Shown here: positions 49,456-58,198 of the stretch, in pieces
How positions within the stretch are numbered: position 1 is the first letter of the stretch
Layout: every line of letters begins with the position of its first letter
Assembly: GCA_040235505.1 (NCBI GenBank)
Contig: JBECKW010000059.1
Location: forward strand, 45,019 to 109,018
Direction of reading: 5' to 3'
Length of the DNA: 64,000 nt
From: Desulfobacterales bacterium
GTDB lineage: Bacteria > Desulfobacterota > Desulfobacteria > Desulfobacterales > JAFDDL01
Program-made: the position numbers and the translations under genes
Notes under the pieces: model-generated
The model's input: only the letters and a program-made list of their open reading frames with translations
What the model was told of the DNA's origin: nothing
Database searches by the model: none

Positions 49456-50241
49456 GTGCTGATTCAAATATATGAGGTCCAGGATCGCGATGAGGCGGAA
49501 GCCCTCATTGAAATGGGAGTCGATCACATCGGATCCGTATTGTTGTCCTCGGATATATTCAGAAAAGATGCGCTTTGGGAAACCCTGAGATATGTTTCTG
49601 ATTGCGGCGGGACGAGCAGCATGATACCGCTTTTTCTTGACGTTGAGCAGATTTCCCGTTCCCTCGACCATTTCCGTCCCGGTATCGTTCATTTCTGCGA
49701 GTCGCTGGAAGAAAGTGAAGGTGCCGAGGGGTGCATTGCGGCGTTTGAAAGGCAGTCTCTTATCCGTGAACGATTCCCGGAGATTCGCATTATGCGATCC
49801 GTCCCCATCGGACCGGCAGGCAATTCCGGACACGTGCCGACGTTTAAGATAGCAAAGATGTTTGAACCTATCTCTGATTTTTTTCTTACGGATACGCTTG
49901 TGGTTTCCGACTCGGAGAACACCGGGAATTCCCAGCCAGTCAAAGGATTTGTCGGAATTACCGGTAAAACCTGCGATTGGGGGATGGCGGCTGAACTGGT
50001 TCAGGAAAGCGGCATCCCGGTGATACTTGCCGGCGGCATTTCACCGGACAATGTCCGGGAGGGCCTCGAACAGGTGAAGCCTGCCGGCGTCGACAGTTGC
50101 ACACTTACCAATGCCGTGGATGAAAATGGCCGTCCGGTTCGGTTTCGAAAAGATTTTAAAAAAGTAAAACGCTTGGTGGACTCTGTCCGCCATGTTGAAA
50201 ACCATATCGGAAACCAGATTGAAAACCAGATAAAAAATTAG
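49456..50241 (+). CDS. TrpF-family (phosphoribosylanthranilate isomerase-like) TIM-barrel protein
   Basis: GTG start. GITGKTCDW (compare GGTGKTFDW), LAGGISPDNV, GVDSCT. Longer than typical TrpF and not in a trp operon. Confidence 0.5.
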   Translation: MLIQIYEVQDRDEAEALIEMGVDHIGSVLLSSDIFRKDALWETLRYVSDCGGTSSMIPLFLDVEQISRSLDHFRPGIVHFCESLEESEGAEGCIAAFERQSLIRERFPEIRIMRSVPIGPAGNSGHVPTFKIAKMFEPISDFFLTDTLVVSDSENTGNSQPVKGFVGITGKTCDWGMAAELVQESGIPVILAGGISPDNVREGLEQVKPAGVDSCTLTNAVDENGRPVRFRKDFKKVKRLVDSVRHVENHIGNQIENQIKN

Positions 50242-50271
50242 AATATCGATGAAATAGAGGAGCAATAAATT

Positions 50272-50835
50272 ATGTATGAAAGTGGAGACCTGCGAAAGGG
50301 GCTGAAAATCGAGATCGACGGATACCCCCATGTGATTGTTCAATTTGAATTTTCGAAGCCCGGCAAGGGACAGGCCTTATACAAATGCAGACTGAAAAAC
50401 ATGATCACTGGATCCCAGTTTGACAGAACCTATCGGTCCGACGAAAAATTCAAGGAGGCAAACCTTGAAGAACATGATATGGAATATTTGTACTATGATG
50501 GTGAAAATTACTGTTTTATGAATACCAGCAATTATGAACAGGAATTTCTCACCCCGGATCAGGTCGGGGATGCCATCCATTTTCTTAAGGAAAATACGGT
50601 GTGCAAAGCGCTTTTTTTCGATAAAAAAGCCATAGGGCTTACGCTGCCGAACTTCGTGGAACTCAGAATCGATCACGCGGAACCTTGGGCCAAGGGTGAT
50701 ACCGCGTCCGGAAGCACCAAACCGGTGACCCTGGAAACCGGATATATCCTTCAGGTGCCTCCCTTTATCAATGAAGGGGAAAAAGTACGAATTGATACGC
50801 GAACAGGCGACTATGTTGAACGTGTGAAAGGATGA
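50272..50835 (+). CDS. efp: elongation factor P
   Basis: DLRKGLKIEIDGYPHVIVQFEFSKPGKGQA..., 187 aa. Confidence 0.95.
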   Translation: MYESGDLRKGLKIEIDGYPHVIVQFEFSKPGKGQALYKCRLKNMITGSQFDRTYRSDEKFKEANLEEHDMEYLYYDGENYCFMNTSNYEQEFLTPDQVGDAIHFLKENTVCKALFFDKKAIGLTLPNFVELRIDHAEPWAKGDTASGSTKPVTLETGYILQVPPFINEGEKVRIDTRTGDYVERVKG

Positions 50836-50839
50836 CCAC

Positions 50840-51526
50840 ATGAAAGGTGATCGATACGGCTTTGGTGAATACTGCCGCAAGGCAGGTTCGATCACCTTTA
50901 TCATCTGGCGCACAGCCGTCCTGATCGGAATTTTGGGTTTATTCTGCGTTTCCGGGTGCGCAGGATCCAAAAAAACGAACTTCTTCGTCCTTTTTCCACT
51001 GAGTGCTCCGTCAGCAACGTCCGGTTCATGGAATTCAAATACATCAGTGGGTGTCGGTCCGGTAACCATTCCGGAATATCTGAATCGCCCACAGATTGTG
51101 ACCCGGCCTGGAAAGAATGAAGTCTCCCTTGCAGAATTCAATCGTTGGGCCGAATCGCTTGAAGTTTCCATTCCAAGGGTGATCGCAGAGAATCTTTCCA
51201 CGCTTCTTGACACGGATCGGGTGTATACATTTCCATGGCGCGGCAGCCCCCCTGAATATCAGATACGGATCGAAATTCTACAGTTCGATGGGAACACTTC
51301 GGGAAACATTGAACTGCTGGCCAGATTGACCCTATTGAAAGACGGCACTGCAACACGAATCAACAGGCATAAATTCTACATTAAGAAACCGATTGCCGGA
51401 CAGGGGTATGAAGGGATGGTATCCGCCATGAGTCTGGTCCTGTCTGACATGAGCCGATATATTGCCGGCGAGATGATGTCAGACCCATCGGACAACGGCA
51501 GTTTAGGCACAAAAAAGACCCCATAA
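50840..51526 (+). CDS. ABC-transport auxiliary lipoprotein (PqiC/YmbA-like, DUF330)
   Basis: Lipobox VSGC. PEYLNRPQIVTR...LAEFNRWAESL is typical of the family. Confidence 0.65.
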   Translation: MKGDRYGFGEYCRKAGSITFIIWRTAVLIGILGLFCVSGCAGSKKTNFFVLFPLSAPSATSGSWNSNTSVGVGPVTIPEYLNRPQIVTRPGKNEVSLAEFNRWAESLEVSIPRVIAENLSTLLDTDRVYTFPWRGSPPEYQIRIEILQFDGNTSGNIELLARLTLLKDGTATRINRHKFYIKKPIAGQGYEGMVSAMSLVLSDMSRYIAGEMMSDPSDNGSLGTKKTP

Positions 51527-51553
51527 GTATTTCACAATGAATATGGATCTTTC

Positions 51554-52762
51554 ATGAAACACGTTGCGATGCTTAGGGGGGCGATTCAACGATATGCATG
51601 GGGCTCCACCACCGCCATCCCGGAATTTTTAGGAGAAGCACCTGATGGTGGTCCCCAGGCGGAACTTTGGCTCGGCGCCCATCCAAACGCTCCGTCGTCC
51701 GTGAATGTCGATGGTCGTTGGGTGCCAATAACACAACTTTTAGAAAAATCCCCGGACGATATTCTCGGTTCAGCCAGCGTCAACGCCGATAATCAGTTCC
51801 CATTCCTATTTAAAGTGCTGGCGGCTGCAAAACCACTTTCCATCCAGGCACATCCCGATGCCCGCCAAGCCATGGAGGGCTTTTCACGGGAAAACGCGCT
51901 GAATATCCCTCTCGATGCGCCACAACGTAACTATAAAGACGGCAACCACAAACCCGAATGCATTTGCGCGCTGACTCCCTTCTGGGCACTGAACGGATTC
52001 CGAAAAATTCGGGAAATACTGACCATGGTTTCAGAACTGTGTCCGGTGACCTTGTCCGGAGACATCGCACTCCTGAAATCGAATCAGAACTCACAAGGAC
52101 TAAAATGTTTCTTTCAAAGCCTGATGGAAAAAAAGAAGAACGAAGTCCGTTTGATAGTGGAAGAAACCGTCCGAAGCGCGAAGCAGTTTGAGAAACAAGA
52201 TTCTTCGGCCTCATGGATTCTTAAGCTCCATGAAGCCTATCAAAGAGATATCGGTGTGTTGGCGCCTGCGTTTTTAAACCTTGTTTGCCTGAACCCCGGG
52301 GAGGCCATGTATCTTTCTGCCGGTCGTCTTCACGCCTATCTGGAAGGTGTCGGTATAGAGATTATGGCCAATTCGGACAATGTGCTTCGCGGAGGACTTA
52401 CGCAGAAGCACATTGATGTACCCGAACTCTTAAAGGTGCTTCAATTTTCAGAAACGTCTGTCGATATTCTGAAGCCTGTCTCCACCGTGCCGGGTGAAAT
52501 GGTCTATGAAACACCCGCCGAAGAATTTGTCCTGTCCGAATTGACGGTAAAACGGCACCAGCAGTACGAAAGCCCGACGCATCGAGGGGTCGAAATCCTT
52601 CTTTGTACGCAAGGCGACGCGGACATTTATGAGGCTGACTCGCAAATACAAGTGCATATCAACCGTGGTATGTCTTTGCTGATACCCGCCTCGGTGCTCC
52701 GATACGACATTTCCGGCGACGCCGTTTTTTATAGGGCATCTTCGGTTATTTCAGGAAAATAA
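51554..52762 (+). CDS. manA: mannose-6-phosphate isomerase, class I
   Basis: YAWGS, AELWLGAHP, PFLFKVLAAAKPLSIQAHPD, NSDNVLRGGLT. Confidence 0.85.
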   Translation: MKHVAMLRGAIQRYAWGSTTAIPEFLGEAPDGGPQAELWLGAHPNAPSSVNVDGRWVPITQLLEKSPDDILGSASVNADNQFPFLFKVLAAAKPLSIQAHPDARQAMEGFSRENALNIPLDAPQRNYKDGNHKPECICALTPFWALNGFRKIREILTMVSELCPVTLSGDIALLKSNQNSQGLKCFFQSLMEKKKNEVRLIVEETVRSAKQFEKQDSSASWILKLHEAYQRDIGVLAPAFLNLVCLNPGEAMYLSAGRLHAYLEGVGIEIMANSDNVLRGGLTQKHIDVPELLKVLQFSETSVDILKPVSTVPGEMVYETPAEEFVLSELTVKRHQQYESPTHRGVEILLCTQGDADIYEADSQIQVHINRGMSLLIPASVLRYDISGDAVFYRASSVISGK

Positions 52763-52766
52763 AATC

Positions 52767-52795
52767 TTGACTTATTAAAAACATTTTTTTATTCT
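52767..52795 (+). promoter_or_regulatory. sigma-70-like promoter TTGACT-N17-TATTCT for the aro leader/operon
   Basis: Hexamers read directly. Predicted TSS about 25 nt before the leader ATG. Confidence 0.4.
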
Positions 52796-52826
52796 TTCAT
52801 AAATTTCAATCAAACGGACAGGTCAC

Positions 52827-52907
52827 ATGTATCGTTTTTTTAGCGGATCTTATTTTTATTTTAGCTTTTTCTGGCGATTTTACGCCCAGGATCCGCCCGG
52901 AATGTGA
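52827..52907 (+). CDS. candidate leader peptide MYRFFSGSYFYFSFFWRFYAQDPPGM (7 Phe, 4 Tyr, 1 Trp)
   Basis: ATG-to-TGA frame translated codon by codon. Weak AGG SD 4 nt upstream. Immediately followed by two terminator hairpins and the aro operon. Too short for the ORF track. Confidence 0.6.
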   Translation: MYRFFSGSYFYFSFFWRFYAQDPPGM

Positions 52908-52937
52908 TGGTAAATATTATATAGCGAAAGCATCAAA

Positions 52938-52972
52938 GCCGAGGGGATCCGATAACCCCACGGCTTTTTTTT
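52938..52972 (+). terminator. attenuator terminator T1
   Basis: GCCGAGGGG (52938-46) pairs with CCCCACGGC (52956-64) with one mismatch, followed by T8 (52965-72). Confidence 0.65.
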
Positions 52973-52981
52973 CGGGCAAAA

Positions 52982-53010
52982 GGCCGTGGAGACAACTTCA
53001 CGGCCTTTTT
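52982..53010 (+). terminator. attenuator terminator T2
   Basis: GGCCGTG (52982-88) pairs with CACGGCC (52999-53005), followed by T5. Ends 11 nt before the AGGAGGG SD of the first aro gene. Confidence 0.6.
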
Positions 53011-53032
53011 GCTTGAAAAAAGGAGGGTGAAT

Positions 53033-53851
53033 ATGACATTACTGGGTAAAAAGATCAGACTGGAGAGAATTCGAAACCGCAATAGTGGGAAAACCGTCAT
53101 TGTTCCAATGGATCATGGAATGACGGTGGGACCGATCCCAGGCATCGTCAACATCGAGGATGCCATTGAAAGGGTGGCCCTTGGGGGGGCAAATGCTGTT
53201 GTGGAGCATAAAGGGCTGGTGACCAAAGGGCTCGGGCAGAGAGGGCAGGATATAGGGCTGATCATACACCTGTCCGCCTCCACGCAGCTTTCGCCTTTCC
53301 CAAATGCCAAAACACTGGTTTGTTCTGTGGAGGAAGCTGTCAAATTGGGGGCGGATGCGGTCTCCATTCACGTTAATTTGGGAAATGGAGATGAAAAGGA
53401 GATGCTGCGCGATTTCGGATACGTTTCCCATGAGGCAAGAACATGGGGAATGCCCCTGCTGGCAATGATCTATCCAAGGGGGAAGAAGATAAGGAACGAG
53501 TTTGATCCGGATGTCATCAAACATGCGGCCAGGGTAGGGGACGAAATGGGCGCCGATCTTGTCAAGGTTTCTTATACCGGTTGTCCCGAAAGCTTCCGGA
53601 AGGTGGTGGAGGGATGCAGTATTCCGGTTGTCATTGCAGGCGGGCCGAAAATGTCATCGGATCACGATATCCTCGAAATGGTCAAGGGCGCCATGATGGC
53701 AGGTGGTGCCGGGGTTTCGATGGGGCGAAACATTTTCCAGCATTCGGATCCGACCCGGATGCTCATGGCTGTTTCCGGAATCGTACATGAAGGCCTGAGC
53801 GTTGACAGCGCTCTTGAAGTGTTGAAGAGAATGGATCGGGAAGCTGCTTAA
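53033..53851 (+). CDS. 2-amino-3,7-dideoxy-D-threo-hept-6-ulosonate (ADH) synthase, class I aldolase family (AroA')
   Basis: Close resemblance along the whole length to the archaeal ADH synthase pattern ([18 protein letters not shown]...GGANAV..HKG...[10 protein letters not shown]...YPRGK...GADLVK.SYTG...VVIAGGPK...GRNIFQH). Confidence 0.85.
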   Translation: MTLLGKKIRLERIRNRNSGKTVIVPMDHGMTVGPIPGIVNIEDAIERVALGGANAVVEHKGLVTKGLGQRGQDIGLIIHLSASTQLSPFPNAKTLVCSVEEAVKLGADAVSIHVNLGNGDEKEMLRDFGYVSHEARTWGMPLLAMIYPRGKKIRNEFDPDVIKHAARVGDEMGADLVKVSYTGCPESFRKVVEGCSIPVVIAGGPKMSSDHDILEMVKGAMMAGGAGVSMGRNIFQHSDPTRMLMAVSGIVHEGLSVDSALEVLKRMDREAA

Positions 53852-53912
53852 CCTCTGAAGTTTAGCCCCCGGCTACTGGATTCGAATATGTTACGGGAAA
53901 AGGATATCAGTC

Positions 53913-54905
53913 ATGAAAAAAGTATGGGTACAAATCGATCCATGGAATAAGGAAATGGTGATTACGGCCATCGAAGGCGGCGCAGATGCCGTTGTGGTTC
54001 CGGAGGGATACAGCACGGAAGTAAAAGCACTGGGCAAAATCCAGACCATATCTGAAGACGGCGACCTAAAGCCGGGGGAGCAGGTGGCTTTTTTTACGAT
54101 CCGGAGCGGAAAGGATGAGGCTGAAATCGTTCGGCTGAGTCGGAACAGACAGTTGGTGCTGGAGTGCACGGACTGGACCATTATTCCCCTTGAAAATTTG
54201 ATTGCCAAGGGTGCCGATGTGATTGCAAGGGTGGAAAACGTTACAGAGGCAAAAACAGCCTTCGGGATTCTTGAAAAGGGTGTCAGCGGTATTTTGATTC
54301 AGTCGAAGGACCCGGCTTCCCTGAAAAAAATTCTCTCCGAAGTCAAGGGAATGGAAGAGAACACCCAGTTGTCGGTAGCGGAAATCATAGAAGTCAAACC
54401 CCTCGGCATGGGAGATCGTGTTTGCGTCGACACCTGTACCGCCATGAAACCCGGAGAAGGCATGCTGGTTGGAAACAGCAGCAATGCCTTGTTTCTCGTT
54501 CATGCCGAAAGCGTTTCAAACCCTTATGTCTCTCCCAGGCCATTCAGGGTAAACGCCGGACCCGTGCATGCCTACACCCGCGTTTCAGGAGGAAAAACGC
54601 GCTACCTGTCGGAGCTCTCATCCGGCGATTCGGTGATGCTCGTTGATTTCCGTGGAAAGACGACGGTGGGGATTGTCGGGCGGCTGAAAATAGAAAAAAG
54701 ACCGCTGATGCTTGTGACCGCAAAAGTCGGCGAAATGCAGATAAGCACGATCCTCCAAAATGCCGAAACCATCCGGCTTACGGATCCGGAGGGCAACCCT
54801 CTATCCATCGTGAACCTGAAGGAAGGCGATAAGGTCCTGGTGGCGATTGAAACAGGCGGACGGCATTTCGGAATGAAAATAGAAGAAACGATCACGGAGA
54901 AATAA
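53913..54905 (+). CDS. 3-dehydroquinate synthase II (AroB', archaeal type)
   Basis: 330 aa. N-terminus KKVWVQIDPWNKEMVITAIEGGADAVVVPEGY and the overall pattern match the DHQ synthase II family. Adjacent to the ADH synthase gene. Confidence 0.8.
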   Translation: MKKVWVQIDPWNKEMVITAIEGGADAVVVPEGYSTEVKALGKIQTISEDGDLKPGEQVAFFTIRSGKDEAEIVRLSRNRQLVLECTDWTIIPLENLIAKGADVIARVENVTEAKTAFGILEKGVSGILIQSKDPASLKKILSEVKGMEENTQLSVAEIIEVKPLGMGDRVCVDTCTAMKPGEGMLVGNSSNALFLVHAESVSNPYVSPRPFRVNAGPVHAYTRVSGGKTRYLSELSSGDSVMLVDFRGKTTVGIVGRLKIEKRPLMLVTAKVGEMQISTILQNAETIRLTDPEGNPLSIVNLKEGDKVLVAIETGGRHFGMKIEETITEK

Positions 54906-54971
54906 AGCGTTTTCATAAACTAGACCGACGATTATTGCGTGACGCACTTACCGGAATGAAGAGGAGTATTC

Positions 54972-56096
54972 ATGGGCAGGAAAAAAGATGAAAGCTCACA
55001 TCCCCCCCAGAACATCGAAGAGATGTTGAAAGAGTTGAGGGACAGGATCGACAGTATCGACAATCAAATTTTAAATCTTTTAAACCAGCGACTGGGAGTC
55101 GCCAAGGAGATCGGCAGATGCAAGGGCCGGTCCTCCGAGGTCGTCATGGACAGCGCAAGGGAAACAAATGTTGTCAAACGCTTGTTTTCATTAAATAAAG
55201 GACCAATGAGCAATGAGTCGATCCAGCATATTTTTACAGAGATATTCGGATCTTCCCGGGAGGCTCAGCAACCTCATCTGGTGACGTATCTAGGGCCCGA
55301 GGCGACCTATACGCATATCGCGGCGAAGGCATATTTCGGAAAATCCGCGTCCTTCGTTCCGCAGCCCAGCATTCGCGATGTTTTTCAGTCGGTGGAAAAG
55401 GGCGATGCCCATTACGGGATCGTGCCGGTGGAAAACTCGATTGAAGGCGCCGTCAATTATACGCTTGATCTTTTCTACGAATCGGAGCTGAAGATATGCG
55501 CTGAAACCTATCTTAACATTTCCCATGATCTGCTTTCCAGCGCTGGTTCACTGAAAGAAATAGAGCTGGTCTATTCCCATCCCCAGGCGCTGGCCCAGTG
55601 CCGGACATGGCTAAGGAAATACCTGCCGGACGTATCAGTCCAGGAAGTCGGAAGCACCTCCGAAGCCGCCCGGATGGCGCTTTCCAAAAAGAGGTCTGCG
55701 GCAATTGCCAGCCGTGAAGCGTCGCAGATATATAAACTGGACGTTCTGGCGTCGAAGATTGAAGATTTTTCCAGAAATACAACCCGATTTCTGGTCATCG
55801 GGAAAAAAGCCGCGCGTCCCACCGGTCGGGATAAAACCTCCATCATGTTTGTCACACCGCATACGCCGGGCGCACTTTATAAGGTCATGACTCCCATTGC
55901 CGAAGCGGGACTGAATATGGTAAAGCTCGAATCCAGACCTAGCCGGCAGGAGAACTGGACCTATATCTTTTTCCTTGATCTGGAAGGTCATATAGACCAA
56001 GACGAGGTGAAGCAGACCTTAGAACATATGAAACAAATCTGCCTCTTTACCAAGTGGCTCGGCTCTTATCCAATTCGTAATAAAATTGAAGCATAA
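54972..56096 (+). CDS. pheA: bifunctional chorismate mutase / prephenate dehydratase (P-protein)
   Basis: CM domain (LRDRIDSIDNQILNLLNQRL), PDT domain (YLGPEATYTH, VPVENSIEG, TRF) and an ACT domain. Confidence 0.9.
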   Translation: MGRKKDESSHPPQNIEEMLKELRDRIDSIDNQILNLLNQRLGVAKEIGRCKGRSSEVVMDSARETNVVKRLFSLNKGPMSNESIQHIFTEIFGSSREAQQPHLVTYLGPEATYTHIAAKAYFGKSASFVPQPSIRDVFQSVEKGDAHYGIVPVENSIEGAVNYTLDLFYESELKICAETYLNISHDLLSSAGSLKEIELVYSHPQALAQCRTWLRKYLPDVSVQEVGSTSEAARMALSKKRSAAIASREASQIYKLDVLASKIEDFSRNTTRFLVIGKKAARPTGRDKTSIMFVTPHTPGALYKVMTPIAEAGLNMVKLESRPSRQENWTYIFFLDLEGHIDQDEVKQTLEHMKQICLFTKWLGSYPIRNKIEA

Positions 56097-56099
56097 GAC

Positions 56100-56918
56100 A
56101 TGATATCAACCCGTACAAACGTTTACTGTGTTATCGGAAAGCCCGTATCGCACAGCCTCAGCCCGATCATGCACAATGCAGCCTTCGAAAAAATCGGCTA
56201 CGACGGCGTTTATCTTGCTTTCGAGGTGGAGGATATTTCCGCCGCTGTCGGCGGTATCCGGAGTCTCGGTATCCGTGGCGTCAGTGTGACCATCCCCCAT
56301 AAAGTATCCGTGATGTCATATCTTGATGAAATTGACACCACTGCGCTCAAAATCGGTGCCGTCAATACCATCGTGAACCGGCACGGAAAGCTGAAAGGAT
56401 ACAATACGGATTTTCAGGGAGCTTTGAAAGCATTGGCTGAAAAGAGCGATATCCACGGAAAGAGGGTTCTCGTTCTTGGTGCGGGAGGGGCGGCCAGGGC
56501 AATCGGGTTCGGTATCAACATGGAAGGCGGCCGCCTCACCATTTCAAATCGAAGTCTAGAGAGAGGGGAACGCCTTGCGGAAGATCTTCAGGCTTCCTTT
56601 TGCGCGCCCGATGTTATTGAACGAAATTCATGGGACATTATCATCAATACCACTTCCGTCGGTATGACCCCTGAAACTGATAGGATGCCGGTTCCAGAAA
56701 CTATTCTGACGCCCGGTCAGGTTGTCATGGACATTGTCTATAATCCTCTCGAGACACTTCTTTTGAAAACAGCTCGGGATAAGGGATGTGCCACCGTAGA
56801 CGGCGCAGCCATGTTCGTCTACCAGGGCGCCTGTCAATTTGAACTCTGGACCGCCCAAAGCGCTCCTGTTTCAGTTATGGGCCAAGCCGTTAGAGGAGTT
56901 TTGTTGAAACGGAAATAG
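56100..56918 (+). CDS. aroE: shikimate dehydrogenase
   Basis: GKPVSHSLSPIMHN, VTIPHK, NTD, GAGGAARA. Confidence 0.9.
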   Translation: MISTRTNVYCVIGKPVSHSLSPIMHNAAFEKIGYDGVYLAFEVEDISAAVGGIRSLGIRGVSVTIPHKVSVMSYLDEIDTTALKIGAVNTIVNRHGKLKGYNTDFQGALKALAEKSDIHGKRVLVLGAGGAARAIGFGINMEGGRLTISNRSLERGERLAEDLQASFCAPDVIERNSWDIIINTTSVGMTPETDRMPVPETILTPGQVVMDIVYNPLETLLLKTARDKGCATVDGAAMFVYQGACQFELWTAQSAPVSVMGQAVRGVLLKRK

Positions 56919-56934
56919 GCCCCAACAGAGATCT

Positions 56935-58197
56935 ATGATGAAAGAGATTAAAACAGCACCCGTTAAAAACACAACCGTTCAGGTCCCCGGATCCAAAAGC
57001 TATACCCACAGAATCCTCATTGCATCGGCTCTCTCCGACGGCGCATGTCGAATTGAAAATCCGCTGAGAAGCGAAGATACGCTTTTCACCGTAAAGGGGC
57101 TCCGCGGGATGGGAGTGAAAATCGAGGACCACACGGAATACTTGCTGGTCAGAGGAAACGGTGGCCGTCTGGAGACGGCCGAAGAGGATATCTATCTCGG
57201 AAACTCCGGCACCTCCGTGAGGCTTCTGACAGGGATCTGCGGTATCGGAAACGGCAGGTACCTCATTACCGGAACTTCCCGAATGCAGGAACGCCCCATT
57301 CAAGATCTTCTCGATGGACTTTCGCAACTTGGCATCCGCGCGGCATCGATTCATGGAAACGGATGCCCGCCCATAGAGATCTTTGGGAAGAAAATCGAAG
57401 GCGGGAGGGTCGATCTCAACTGTCATGTCAGCAGCCAGTATCTATCCTCCATTCTGTTGATGGCGCCTTTTTCTTTAAAGGGAATAGAAATCAACGTGGT
57501 GAACGGACCGGTGTCAAAACCGTATATCGATATGACGCTGGAAGTAATGAAACGTATGGACGTCGAGGTTTCCAGGGAGGGGTATGACCGGTTTTTCGTA
57601 CCCGGCCATCAGATTTATCGTTCGGGCACATATGAAGTGGAACCGGATTGCTCCCAGGCAGGATATTTCTGGGCGGCGGCCGCAGTTACCGGCGCTTCGA
57701 TTACCGTCCGTGGAATCCATTCAGATACCCGACAGGGAGATGTCCGATTTTCCAAAGTGCTGGGGGAAATGGGCTGCCGCATAACGGAAGAAAATGAAGG
57801 GATTTGCGTGACCGGCGGCCCCTTGAAGGGCATCTGCGTCGATATGTCCGATATGCCGGATATGGTCCCTACACTGGCCGTGGTGGCGGCGTTCGCCGAG
57901 GGGACAACGGAAATTTCCAATGTTTCGCATCTGAGAGCCAAAGAAAGCGATCGTCTGCAGAGCGTTGTCAACGAACTCACAAAGATGGGCATCGTTGCTG
58001 ATTGCGGCGGCAGTGGTCTTCGTATTACAGGGGGCCGTGGGCATGGCGCTTCCATCGACACATACAACGACCACCGCATGGCCATGAGTTTTTCCGTGGC
58101 AGGTCTTAAGATCCCGGATATTCGTATTGAAAACGAATTCTGCGTTTCAAAATCGTTCCCAAACTACTGGGAAGTATTCGAGTCCATTTACGAATAA
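56935..58197 (+). CDS. aroA: 3-phosphoshikimate 1-carboxyvinyltransferase (EPSP synthase)
   Basis: PGSKSYTHR, LGNSGTSVRLL, KESDRL, DHRMAMSF. Confidence 0.95.
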   Translation: MMKEIKTAPVKNTTVQVPGSKSYTHRILIASALSDGACRIENPLRSEDTLFTVKGLRGMGVKIEDHTEYLLVRGNGGRLETAEEDIYLGNSGTSVRLLTGICGIGNGRYLITGTSRMQERPIQDLLDGLSQLGIRAASIHGNGCPPIEIFGKKIEGGRVDLNCHVSSQYLSSILLMAPFSLKGIEINVVNGPVSKPYIDMTLEVMKRMDVEVSREGYDRFFVPGHQIYRSGTYEVEPDCSQAGYFWAAAAVTGASITVRGIHSDTRQGDVRFSKVLGEMGCRITEENEGICVTGGPLKGICVDMSDMPDMVPTLAVVAAFAEGTTEISNVSHLRAKESDRLQSVVNELTKMGIVADCGGSGLRITGGRGHGASIDTYNDHRMAMSFSVAGLKIPDIRIENEFCVSKSFPNYWEVFESIYE

Positions 58198-58198
58198 C

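Noticed and set aside
50377-51213. 278-aa ORF on the minus strand
   Set aside because: It is antisense to efp and the PqiC-like gene. This is a shadow ORF.
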